Shown here: one piece after another, positions 23,372 to 36,184 of the stretch
Position numbering within the stretch: the stretch's first letter is position 1
Layout: every line of letters begins with the position of its first letter
Assembly: GCF_037042905.1 (NCBI RefSeq)
Contig: NC_087246.1
Location: 9,240,001-9,304,000 of the forward strand
DNA length: 64,000 bases
Direction: 5' to 3'
From: Lytechinus pictus
Taxonomy: Eukaryota
The notes under the pieces: model-generated
Told to the model about the DNA's origin: nothing
What the model saw: only the letters and a program-made list of their open reading frames with translations
Databases searched by the model: none
Made by a program: the position numbers and the translations under genes

Positions 23372-23730
23372 GTGGGTACCGTGCGAAGTTAGCAATGATA
23401 GTAGGGAAAATTATGAATTCATAACATTGAAAAGGCCTAATGATCGACTTACATATAGAAAATTATGATTTTTGAAACCTATTTCAAATCATCAAAAATA
23501 TTATTTATTTGCAATATAATAATTTTGAAATGTAAAACTGATTCTACTTTTTTAGATTTTGATCTTAGTTTCTGTTAGTCTAGTTTTTAGATTAACAATT
23601 TATCTCCCTCGATTTCTTTTGCTTAGTCGCTTATTTCAGTATCTCTCAGCTACACAGATATTCTTGAAAAATATTCGTTAGGCCCGAGATCTTTGCATTA
23701 ATATGTTGAAGATTTCGGCGGATTTTCCTA

Positions 23731-26700
23731 ATGTTTCCCTTTAGATTTCTACGGAGACGTTGGGTATTGGCAGTGATATTCCTTCTCTCATTTACATACT
23801 ATTTATATGAGACGTTGAATCAGGTAAGAATCTTTTAAAAGTTGTCGAATTTGTCTGTCGTCAAGTCTGGCTCTAGACCAAAAGCTTCGGACGGTCTCTG
23901 TTATGTTGGTTGTTCAGCTGAACTCCGTTGGCTTCACTCACCAAATACAGAGACCGAAGTTCTAGCGCGATCTGTACAGGGGACTCAATGGCCATATGTT
24001 TATGTATTTAAGATCGGATAAAACGGGGAAGTGAATTTGCGCGACAGCCGAGGTAAGTCACTGTTTTTGTTCCTTTTAACTTGATTTTTCTCCGTTTTTT
24101 GGCAATTAATGCCAAGAGGGAATATTAATTTGCATTTTGGTCGCGTTAATTTTCAAAATTTTTATTCATTAAAGACAAAAATTGAAGAGCCCCGACGGGG
24201 GGATTTTGCATTGCAAGTCCCCTAATGGTGGCTGCACGCTAGCGAGCCGTCTGTGTACGAGGAGAAATTTAAAAAAAAAAAAAAAAGTTAAAAAACTCCT
24301 CGAAACAGACGGCTGCCAGCTGTCTAGTCTGGCTCTGGCTCTGCGTAGCCGTAGGCGTAGACGTTGTGACCACTGGCACTGCCACAGGCACAGGCACAGC
24401 ACAGGCACTCACATTCCATAATAATTATATTCCTGTGACTGTGCATGTGTGACTGTGTACGTCTGCGAGTGTGAGATTAATGATGAGAGTCTCTTTGAGT
24501 TTGAGCTGTGTCGTGTCTGAGCTGAGCTGAATGAGTGTAAACTAGTTTGTTTTATGTTGTTGCTAATTCATTGCTGCAGCGCTCAACAAGACGCGCTAAA
24601 CTATGATGCAGGCCCAGCGCCGCGCCAGCGGACGGTGGACCAAACCAAAAGCAAAAGCTTCTTCGACTTCGGTCTCTCACTGTCTCTGTATTTTGGTTGT
24701 ACTGCAGAACTGCGTTGGCTCCATGCTGCACTCACCAATTAATCATGCTACTTACACTTACAGAGACCAAACCAAAGTTCTAACTCGATCTGAACAGGGA
24801 CTCAATGGCCATATGAACTTTATGTATTTAAGTTCGGATAAACCACGGAAGTGAGAGTTGCGCGACGCGCGACAGCCAAATTAAGTCACTGTTTTTTCCT
24901 GTTATGGTACATTTCAGGCCAAAACGGAATAATAATCCTTAATTTCAGTCCAGTTCTTTTTATATGTTTCTAAAATTCTATGAAATGTTGGGGGAATCAA
25001 CATCAAAATCTGAGGTTAAGTTTTTGAAATGTCATCATAACTTAAACAATATATGGACCCAGTTCATGAAACTTAGACATAAGGTTAATCAAGTATTACT
25101 GAACATTCTGCCAGAGTTTCAAGTCTCATGACCAAGGTCAAAGGTCATTTAGGGTCAATTAAGCTTGTAACCGATTTTGCAATCGGCAACCGATTCCATT
25201 CGATTTCACCACAATCGGCAATCACTTGCCGATCTTCGATCATGCCCCTTGAAGGAAAAAATCGAAAATAAAAAATCGGCGTAGATCTGGTTACAGTGCG
25301 TGATCGCTCAGAACATATTTCAAGATTGTTTTTGAGGTGCTAGCTATTTAGAGGTCGCATTATTCAGGGAGAAAGACGCGGTATTATCTATGGCGATGTT
25401 TAAGAGGATAGATATCTTCTCTTCCAACTCATGGTGATAGCGGATGCCGCCGTGAACTTTGAAAGGTCGTATTACCGACGGAGCTAACTGCGTTACTCTC
25501 TTACATCGTTTATGATTATATACATTTTATTTTCAACCTCGTGGTGATAGCGGATGCCGCCGTGAACTTTGAAAGGTCGTATTACCGACGGAGCTCACTG
25601 CGCTACTCTCTTACCCCCTTTATAATGATATAAATCTTCTCTTCAACCTCGTGGTGATAGCGGACCCCGCCATAAACTTTTAAAGACTGTACTATTGACG
25701 GAGCTTATTGCGTTACTCTCTTACATCGTTTATGATGATATACATTTTATTTTCAACCTCGTGGTGATAGCGGACCCCGCCGTGAACTTTTAAAGATCGT
25801 GCTACTGACGGAGCTCATTGCGTTACTCTCTTACATCGTTTATCATGATATAAATCTTCTCTTCAACCTCGTGGTGATAGCGGACCCCGCCATAAACTTT
25901 TAAAGACTGTACTATTGACGGAGCTTATTGCGTTGCTCTCTTACATCGTTTATGATGATATTCATTTTATTTTCAACCTCGTGATGATAGCGGATGCCGC
26001 CGTGAACTTTGAAAGGTCGTATTACCGACGGAGCTCACTGCGCTACTCTCTTACCCCCTTTATAATGATATAAATCTTCTCTTCAACCTCGTGGTGATAG
26101 CGGACCCCGCCATAAACTTTTAAAGACTGTACTATTGACGGAGCTTATTGCGTTGCTCTCTTACATCGTTTATGATGATATTCATTTTATTTTCAACCTC
26201 GTGGTGATAGCGGACCCCGCCATAAACTTTTAAAGACTGTACTATTGACGGAGCTTATTGCGTTACTCTCTTACATCGTTTATGATGATATACATTTTAT
26301 TTTCAACCTCGTGGTGATAGCGGATGCCGCCGTGAACTTTGAAAGGTCGTATTACCGACGGAGCTCACTGCGCTACTCTCTTACCCCCTTTATAATGATA
26401 AAAATCTTCTCTTCAACCTCGTGGTGATAGCGGACCCCGCCATAAACTTTCAAAGACTGTACTATTGACGGAGCTTATTGCGTTGCTCTCTTACATTGTT
26501 TATGATGATATTCATTTTATTTTCAACCTCGTGGTGATAGCGGACCCCGCCATAAACTTTTAAAGACTGTACTATTGACGGAGCTTATTGCGTTGCTCTC
26601 TTACATCGTTTATGATGATATTCATTTTATTTTCAACCTCGTGGTGATAGCGGACCCCGCCATAAACTTTTAAAGACTGTACTATTGACGGAGCTTATTG

Positions 26701-29700
26701 CGTTACTCTCTTACATCGTTTATGATGATATACATTTTATTTTCAATCTCGTGGTGATAGCGGATGCCGCCGTGAACTTTGAAAGGTCGTATTACCGACG
26801 GAGCTCACTGCGCTACTCTCTTACCCCCTTTATGATGATAGACATCTTCTCTTCAACCTCGTGGTGATAGCGGACCCCGCCGTGAACTTCAAATTGATTT
26901 GAAAACGCTAGCTACCCAAAACATTTTAATAACATATTTCAAATCATCGTGCGTGCTTGCGTCTTCTACTTCATTTTAATTGCACTTGCGACTTTAAGAT
27001 GATGCGTCGTAAGAGATCATTCCAATAATTCTAAATCGCTAGCACCTAAAAATACTTCTAAAAGATGTCCCGCCGATCGTTCATTAACCTGTGATCTATG
27101 AGAAATATTTTCATTTTATTTTCCTTTGCGCCTTTGCTCGGAAGATGCGTCTTTCGTTTATCTTTCTAATAAAAATCACTCGGTTTATTTTAAAGCAATA
27201 ACACCTCAAAACCCCTGGCTTTAAAACATGTTCCAAACGATCGCGCATGTTGGCGACTTCCATTCCAATGCATTCGTCTTTGTGACTTTGTCAGGAAGAT
27301 GCGCGCGACCGCGAACAACATTTTGATGTATTCCTTTGTTTTTAAACATCGCCGATTCGATTTTCGATTCGATTTCGATTTTAGAAGCTTAACTGCCGAT
27401 CCGATTTTCGATCTGATTTTTGATCCGATTTACAACATTAGGGTCAATGAACTTTGGCCAAGTTGGGGGGTATCTGTTGAATTACCATCATATTCATAAC
27501 TTTAAAAGTTTATGGATCTGATTCATGAAACTTAGACATAAGAGTGATCAAGTATCACTGAATATCCTGTGCGAGTTTCAGGTCACATGATCAGGGTCAA
27601 AGGTCATTTAAGGTCAATGAACTTTGGCCCAGTTTTGGGTATATGTTGAATTACCATCATAACTCTGTAAGTGTATTGGTCTAGTTCATAAAACTTGGAC
27701 ATAAGAGTAATCAAGTGTCACTGAACATCCTGTGCGAATATCAGGTCACATGACCAAGGTCAAAGGTCAATGAACTTTGGCCATGTTGAGGGTATCTGTT
27801 GAATTACCATCATAACTTTGAAAGTTTATGGATCTGATGCATGAAACTTAAACATAAGAGTATTCAAGTATCACTGAACATCCTGTGCGAGTTTCAGGTC
27901 ACATGACCAAGGTCAATGGACTTTGGCGATGTTGGGGGTATTTGTTAAATAACCATCATAACTCTTAAAGTGTATGGATCTAGTTCATAAAACTTGGACA
28001 TAAGAGTAATCAAATATACTGTATAACTGAACATCTCATGCGAGTTTCAGGTCACATGACCAAAGTCAAAGGTCATTTAAGATCATTGAACTTTGGCCAT
28101 TTGGAGGTAATTTTTAGATTGCTGTCATAACTTTCAAAGTTTATAGATATGGATATAGGGGTAATCAAGTATCTTTGACAAGTCTTAGGTCGCATGATCA
28201 AGGTCAAATGTCATTTATTGTCAATTGTATCATTATATGATTGGTGTTTTTGTAATCATTTTATAGTAGTTTTCAAAGTCAGCACTGCTGCCATATTGAA
28301 TCGTGCGATGCAGGTGAGACTGCCAGAGGCGCTCCACTTGTTTTCTTTAGTACCTTATTTTAGATGTACTTGACAATATTGCTCTACATTTAAAATAACA
28401 TGTACTATTTATACAGCTTGATAAGAGGTTTTGAGTTTGTGTGTGTGTGTGTTTTAGAATTTAGATCTTGAAAATATTGATGCCAGAGGTCTATGAATCA
28501 TGGGTTTTTTACTCTTGAGCAATAGCTCAGCAGCCGGGGCCTGGGCCGTCCTGCATGAAGTTTTATGCTGGCCTCGTCATGTCACCATCATCAGCTTCGT
28601 AGATGTGAAATTTTGAATATGAACCATTTTCTTGATTTTTAAACATCCACAAAATTATTTGAAATACAGGTTGTTCGTATTTTTTACCTGTAGCCCCACA
28701 AATTGTTTGCAAATTCGGTCTTCTGAGACTTCTCGAGATGAAAGTTGTTGTTATTTTCGCCCCGCACCGCTGAAGTCGAATGTTAGACTCATTTCGGGTC
28801 GCGCGCTTGATAAATTTCTGCTTACACAGTGCAGGGGACCCCTAAGCTCCCCCTAAGCACAAAAGATTTGAGTTGCGCAGTCTACATTAGAAAATGCCTG
28901 TAGGCTGTAAATAAAGTACAGTATAATCTGTTTTTAATGGCAACTTTGACTACAACACAAGCCATAAAAAGTAACATGTTTAAAAATTTTGTCCTCCCAA
29001 TAGACAAAATTACTTAAGTTTAAACCTCCTCTCAATTTTACTAAGAACGACTGTAATTTTACCACATATAAGTAGACATTAAGAGAGAAAAGCAGGCCCA
29101 AAAGAGCATGACAGACAAAGTCAAAGCATGATGGACACAGCAAAAGTGTGATGGACAAATGGCAGTTTGGCAAATTATAATAAGGATATAAGCAAGTATG
29201 GAGATGTCTATACTGCTTTTTACTGATTTAACAAATGTAACCATACAGTGTTATAAGTTATGTAAGTTTTCATCCGGAGGCCTCATTTGCCCTATCGGGC
29301 ATGTGAAATTCATTGGCTTCCAGTCATAAAAAAAAAGAAGTAGTGGAGTACTGGCATAATCGCATATACAATAATGCCTTACATAGTTACAATAAATGTT
29401 AGTACACATTACTGGGTGGGTACAGTACTCGCCTCTCTAAAGTGGCGATGCTACTTTCAAAATTTTTATTTTTTGTGCTCCTCCTGGCCCTGTGCATTGA
29501 GCATTGTTTATGCTAAGGATATGTGCTTAAGAAACTGTCTCAAAATACCACACATACAGCAATCCCCTTTACACCGGTAAACTTAGCAGTGAGCTAAAAA
29601 CTGACTGGGGGCCTTATCTACCCCAGGACCTCAATTACCTCACTCTCCCCTACATGCGTCATTATGTCATACCAGATAGACTTCAAATACACCCTGTGCT

Positions 29701-32700
29701 TATCTTGTATTTGTTTTTGTATTTTGCTTAAAAAGGTCCCACTCACTATCTCAGACCAGTTCCAGGATGTGGTCCCCACGCCGCAACAGATAGCATTAAG
29801 GACCAGGACCAGCGAAAAGCTCAAATTCAATCTTACATCCTGTAGAAATTCACGCCAGGGAAAAATATTTGTTGTTGATGAAAAAGGTAAGTATTTGAAG
29901 ATGACCAAATTCGGTAGAATGACGAGTTGATAAAAACTGAAACCCAACACCGCTCAACCCTAAAAAGAATGGGAAACGCTAAAGGATATATTTTTGAAGA
30001 ACTTATTATTATACGGTCAGCGACCTTTTATTAGGGGTATACATTGTTTCTTTATTATAAGAGAATTGCATAAAAATACCACAAAGTGATAAAAACAAAT
30101 AAATAGTCCAGAGACTGATAGTGATAAACATGCATTGTCTGTATTTTATATTTTCTCCCTTTTTTGTCTTAGAAAGTTGACATTCATGGAAAGGTGTTTT
30201 TAAATGTAATGGTTGTAACCAAGAAGCTCATTCCAGCTCATTTTAATACATGCAATCTACTAATAGTTATAAGAATACATTGATTATAACCCAAGTGGTG
30301 TAATCTTTTCTTCTTTTTCTTTTGGTCACAGGATATGTTTGTTCATGGAAAGATTTGCTAGCTAATGGTTGCTGTAACCCTGAGGCTAAATCCAGCTCAA
30401 TACACAACTGTAACGGATGCTCAAAGAATGGATGCTGTGTAAATTATGAGCGTTGCGTCTCGTGTTGTATGCATCCAGAAAAGGTAATACTCTCCTACTG
30501 ATTTCAATTTATGCTTGTACTTAAGATTGAATGGACTTCTGAGATGACCAATGTGTTTTTTATTAATTTTATGTCCCCCCTTTCGCGGCATACATATACA
30601 TGTATATTTGCAATTTACATTTTTCCAATGAAAATATGAATTTTGCAATGAAAATCTGTCAAGAGGTTGGCATGTGTGATGTTGATAAAATGTTCCCCAG
30701 ACCTTGTGCATCAAAACTTTGCAACATCTTGTGTACAAAGTCAGAAAATTGTTGGAGAGGCAATAGAGACTGCATCAATTAAATTGTTTTTGAAAGAGTA
30801 GGGCAAGAGTTGTGCAAGAAAAAACGGAAATAGCAATATGACTTAATTCAAATGATATGATGCCAGTTTTGCAAGCTGTAGATATGATGTTACAATTCAA
30901 TTATTATGTCAACTTTGGATAATTTCTTTGTGTGTGTTTATTAGCATAAATTGGAGGATTTGTTGCACAAAAATGTATATCAAGGAAGCTTAGGTCCATC
31001 AGTTACATGTAGAGTAAACTTGCACTTTGTACCGGTATTTACAATACAGAATTAGAATATTTAAATTAAGCATAGTATATACAGTGAGTCAGTATCCATT
31101 ATTGTAGAGGGGATGGTCACTCTGATTAGATATTTCAACCACAATTAATCTTTCTTACTTAGTTTATTATCTTTTATGACAGAAAGAGACAATGATGATT
31201 ATAAGCACAGGTACATATAAACATCTCCTGGGGGGTGTTTCACAAAGATTTAAGTATGACTTAGAGTCGCACTTAAATACCAAGTTGCGTACGGTATGAA
31301 AGGCTTGACCGCATTGGTCAGATCGTGTCATGAGGACGCGCACTACTGCGTGTCTATCAATAAGATCGCGCGTTCCATATCATGTACGCGTAGGCATTTA
31401 AGTGCGACTTAAGTCATACTTAAATCTTTGTGAAACACCCCCCAGATCTCCAGAAAGATAGCTTGTATTATAAAAAAAGAACCACTCTCTTTTCTCTTAC
31501 ATTTTCTATCTGTCTGTCTGGATCTCACCCTTTCTTTCTCTGAACAGGAACATGTTTTACAGGACATGTTGGGGAAGGCCAGTCACACATTCCGGTTATT
31601 ATTTCAGTCAGTAGCTGATCATTTTGAGCTCTGCCTAACAAAATGTCGTACCTCATCTCAGGTAAGTTAATAAGGAGATTGTCATTAAAAAAAAAAAAAT
31701 TACTGACTGACTAATTTTGTTTTCTCTCTGTTACCGCAAACATTTTGTGTATATAATCCTGGGCCCAATACACTTAGTATCAAAATCAGTTGCAGATTTC
31801 ATGCAATTATTCTGATAAAGTAATTGTGGGTGTGTTGAACTGAATGTGCCTACAACTGTAAATTCTATTGATCATTGCAAGTTTGTAATTTATTCCAGGT
31901 TTGTGTTATATAGAGCCCTTTTGTAATAAAAATGACTAATAAATACTTTTCAGAACTTCATTTCATAGTATATTAGTGCCCCTAAAAATAAGATATTTAC
32001 ATGCCTGTAGACAGTTTTATTTACAAACGCATTCAGAATTGTTTCAATTTTGAGATTGATCATTAGTGTAATGAGTTTTCCCATACTTTAGTATATCATG
32101 TGAAATGGGTGTCTCATTTATGTGTGTCTTATTAAAAATGAAAGAGATACAGGTACATGTAATGTTAAGCTACTGTAAAAGCTATTATTTTTGCATAAGA
32201 TTTGAAATACAGTCACACTTAGTTAGAAAATCTGAGAAAATGCTGAGGCTCTGCTCATCTTCAATCGATCTCTAGTATGAAAGCCAAAAATTAATCTGTT
32301 GAGATTGCCACTGTCTAAGCACAATGCTAAAGAAACGATAAATACTCGCTAATGTTTCATCGTTTGCACAAATCAGCTTGACCCATTCATTTACAAAGGG
32401 ACTTTCTTAATGACCAACTGTGATCAGTCTAGGAAAATTCAGAATTTAATCTGACAAGACTGACATCGAGAGTGCATCTGAGCACAATGCTCTTGATAAA
32501 TGATGTGCATGTCATTTACACTTTCATCATTTTGACAAAGTAGCTTGATTATTAGTTTACAAAGATGCACTATATAGCTTAATGATAATGTTATATCTCT
32601 GGCTTTCCACAATCTTGCATTCTCCTAACAACAAATTGTTGTACACCCTTTATCTCTAGCTTCCCATAATCTTCCACTCTCGTAATAACAAATCGTTATA

Positions 32701-32941
32701 CACCGTGTATCTATGGTTTTCCATAATTTTGCACTCTCTCGATGGCACATTGTTATTTCTCTGGTTTTCAATCATTGAGACTGATGTTTTTAAGGTATAT
32801 AGGGCAAGGCTTTTGTGTTTTAATACATGATCTTAACACCTCTCAATCTTTCAGAGTGTCCAGCATGAGAACACATACAGAGACCCAGATGCCAAGCACT
32901 GCTATGGAGAAACTCAACCAGAACTCAAGCTCAACTCATGA
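23731..32941 (+). CDS. SPRING1: SREBP pathway regulator in Golgi 1 (C12orf49/UPF0454) orthologue, 5 coding exons, 198 aa
   Basis: Exons 23731-23823, 29736-29886, 30332-30483, 31548-31661 and 32855-32941, all GT-AG with matching phases (597 nt). Peptides [17 protein letters not shown] (signal anchor), [41 protein letters not shown] and [32 protein letters not shown] match the recognised family. AATAAA at 33062. Confidence 0.95.
25160..27440. mobile_element. Non-autonomous hAT-like element with 8-bp TSD
   Basis: TSD GGGTCAAT at 25152-25159 and 27441-27448; imperfect TIR TAAGCTTGTAA / TAATGTTGTAA; clustered CCGAT, AATCG and TTCGAT subterminal motifs. Confidence 0.8.
25422..26890. repeat. 110-bp tandem satellite, ~13.4 units, two main variants
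   Basis: TTCAACCTCGTGGTGATAGCGGA recurs with 110-bp period. Confidence 0.97.
30150..30258 (+). pseudogene. Decayed partial duplicate of SPRING1 exon 3 start and its acceptor
   Basis: TTCATGGAAAG..TAATGGTTG..TAACC...TCCAGCTCA is shared with ~30342-30399; frameshifted. Confidence 0.65.
31231..31442. mobile_element. Palindromic Harbinger/PIF-like MITE
   Basis: ~45-bp TIR GGGGGTGTTTCACAAAGATTTAAGTATGACTTA; flanked by CTG/CAG. Confidence 0.8.
32590..32775. repeat. Degenerate ~57-bp minisatellite, 3-4 units, in SPRING1 intron 4
   Basis: TATCTCTGGCTTTCCACAATCTTGCATTCTC-like unit repeated. Confidence 0.6.
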
Positions 32942-35900
32942 CCTCTGCTTGACCTTCTGACCTTTGACATCAAGGTGACTGAACCTTCAGGGATATTGTT
33001 TAATATGAAAATTTAGTTTACAAATGTATTCATTTCTATGGAAATACATCCAAAGGAAGGGAATAAAATGACAGAATATGCCTCCCAAATGTCCCTTTAT
33101 TAATTCTTATGTAATAGGGGTTATGAAGTCAGGACTCAACAAGTGGTTTTACAGTATTATTTGGTCTTTAAAAAAAAAACTGAATTAAATTTTGCTTGAT
33201 AATTTTTACTTGGGAGAATGATTCTTGAAAAACAATTGCAAACTATGACATTTTCAGTGGCATTGTCAGCTTCACAGATATACTTGTATGTACAGGTAGA
33301 TATTTAAAAAATCAGAGAAATAGTCATCAAACTTTTCACCTTAGAGCTTTTATTTTGAAACATGATTCTTGCCATTGTAGTTTCCATTTGATTTCAATCA
33401 ATACATTTGTGAACTAGTTTCCTGTTTGTGTTCAAAAAGTTTTAATTGCCAAATCTTTTTAACTAAGTGTGCTTTTGATATACTTCACTTTCTTGACTAA
33501 CATATTTGTATCATTTCATTCATTACTGTATTTACTCCTTGGGACCATAAGTTCATTTTATTATTGTTTTTCTGAAGATCTTGGTTCATTATAAGAATTA
33601 ACATACAGAAACTATTATTTCAAAATTTTAATTTTGTTTGGATAGTCTAACTCGTACATGAATTATGGAGTTTATATTTACAAAATTTTTGCTCACGTAC
33701 ATGTAGATAAACAAAACAAAACAAAATATGTGGCTATCAAGATGGTACTTACAGAATATGAATCATTATCCATATTATAAAGTGAAACTACATTACTGCT
33801 CTGCCCTGTATTTTACTTAGTTCTTACTGCACAGTGTAAAGTGCAATTGTTAAGCAGTATTCTTTATCAGTCATGTCTATAGATTTTTGTCACACCTCAT
33901 GCATGCTTTTCATTCGTGTGTTTGGTTTCCTGTTGCTGAGTGGTTGTTTGCTGTATGGGGCATATCTGGAATTGCAAATATCTTGAAACTAATATATCAG
34001 GGAAATTTTGCTCTCCCAAAGAATTCTGCATCATTAAAATTACAGAAGGTTATCCATGTCAGGCACAAGGGTTTAATTTCTATAAACATATATTTTCTAC
34101 ATACCGTTCAAATTTCTATATGTAATGCTTTTTCAGATGTTCTTATAGAACTCCATAATGGAATGGCTTTCACAAAATGACATCATAAAGATTTGTTTTA
34201 ATATGAAATCCTTCATTATTGCAACTCAAAAAATTATCTATAACTTTCTCATGGCATCATTTGTTTTCTTTTTAGGTGCAAAGAAATTTCCCCATAAATT
34301 ACAAATTGGGTGAATGAAATGATGTACCTACTATGACCAATTAGAAACATAAAGAACATATCAAAGCTGAATATAGAAAAGATATGTATGGTAATTGTGC
34401 TGAAGTAGAGTCTTTGTACTCACTGATATCTGTTTCACTTAGCCTCATGAGAAGTTTAATTTGATTAAAAAGGTGAATACCAGTAACACATGCTTAGCAT
34501 TATGTGGTCTGAAAAGCATTGACTGAAACAATAATTTGATTTGTGGTGGTCAACATATACATATAGACTTACTGTGTGCTGCTTTATTCTATGTAGTCTA
34601 AAAATGAAATGTAAAGACAACACTTTGAACAATAATTTATTTTTATTTGGGAAACTCTAAAAATTCATTCACTCCAAAACAGAATATTCAAATCAAACTT
34701 TTTGTATCTTCCTTTTCCTTAATTTTTTGTTGGGGGTATTATTTTTTTACCATATTCACTATACTGGTATGTTGACATCTAAGCCACATGTAGATCATAC
34801 TTTCAAGGAATTGTACACATGGATCAAAATATTTTGCCTGTATAGGTGCTCTTGTAACTCTGACTTCTCTAAAAATCTTTTAAAATATTTATTATTAATT
34901 GCGATTTATATGTGTTCTTGTAAATACATGTACATGTAGAACATTGGTGAGTTTTGGATGACCCTAATGATTATTGTAAATATTGTAAATAGACATTGTC
35001 TAGCCAGATATTATAAGATATAAAGCTTAATTTTGCACTTGTAGAATTTGTTTCATTATAGTTGAGATATACTCTTGGCTAATCACTCTTTTCCTTTAAA
35101 CTTGTTTATGGACCAACTGCATGCACTTTGAGAACTACATGTATCGTGTATATTGCCAAATCATAGAGCTCAAGATTTGCTGTAATATGCTAATGAAGTA
35201 TACCATGTTTGTGAAAAAGCAACATTTATACATAATAAGTCACCATTATTCATGTAACTTCCCATCATCAACATGAAACTATCGTTTTAATTTTCCATCA
35301 GACTCCCTCGAATCTCTCAACAAAAATTAGCACTTTGAGAGCTTTGTAGTCTTACAGCTTAAGTCTAATTTCTTGCACAAATTAACATAATGATCAAGTT
35401 AAAATAAATTTTATTCATTTTGGAACATTAATGTATACAATTTTGTAGGTTAAATCATTGGTGACTTGTGTGTCAATTTTCATGGCAATCAACAAGCAAG
35501 ATATTTGGAGGCCCATTAGCCCCCTGTCCCCAGTCTTTCCAGTCTCCAAAATACCTCAGTCTCGTTATAGTTGAATATCAATAATTTATCAATAATCCAA
35601 ACTAGTTAATTAATGTTCATACGTATATGTGTTTACAGATTCTGTGTATTCTTTCTTCATTGGATGTATATTAATTTAATGCATCAGCTTAGGTTGTTTG
35701 TTTTTATTTTTTTAACCAAAATACAATGGCCCTTATCCTGACTCTAGTTATAATTAAACTGTGGTCTAAAGTTGCATTTTAACTATGGAGAGCCAATTGT
35801 GACACAAATCTTCAAAAAGTCAATTCAATTAATCTGCTCACATGACAGTCAAATTATTCATTAAGGTCTTGGAATGGTGACTTTATAAAATGGTTTTCTC

Positions 35901-36143
35901 ACCCATCAAAGCATGGGGAGATAAGAAATTACATGTCAGAAAAATAGCAATTTAAACAAAAGCTTACCATGATTTTAGCATAATACAGTGCGTATTAAAA
36001 AAAACAGGACAGTTTTGAAAAGTCTATAAAAAATTTGTTTCAAATTATTTTATCTATATTTTGATGTTGGCAAAAAGAAGCTGCTGAAAACTGCTTATCT
36101 AATAAAAGAGAGCCAATGGAGTAAATTAGAAAGTCAAAAAGGG

Positions 36144-36184
36144 GGCCTAAGCTTTCGATCCTAGCAGAATCTTCGTCGGAGGCA
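36144..36184 (-). ncRNA. Degenerate minimal hammerhead-ribozyme-like motif (Penelope-like element fragment)
   Basis: Minus strand TGCCT-CCGACGAA-GATTCT GCT AGGATC-GAAAGCTTA-GGCC: near CUGANGA core, stem II, GAAA and palindromic AAGCTT. It lies in a ~130-bp insertion in the left TIR. Confidence 0.4.

Larger units (their letters stand above)
24985..28344 (+). mobile_element. 5'-truncated HINE (copy D) interrupted by a hAT-like element, in SPRING1 intron 1
   Basis: HINE units at 24985-25159 resume at 27449; 3' end ATGCAGGTGAGACTGCCAGAGGCGCTCCACTTGTTTT. Confidence 0.85.

Noticed and set aside
25422..26890. CRISPR-like regular array
   Set aside because: Whole units repeat with no unique spacers; eukaryotic intron, no cas genes. 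It is a satellite.
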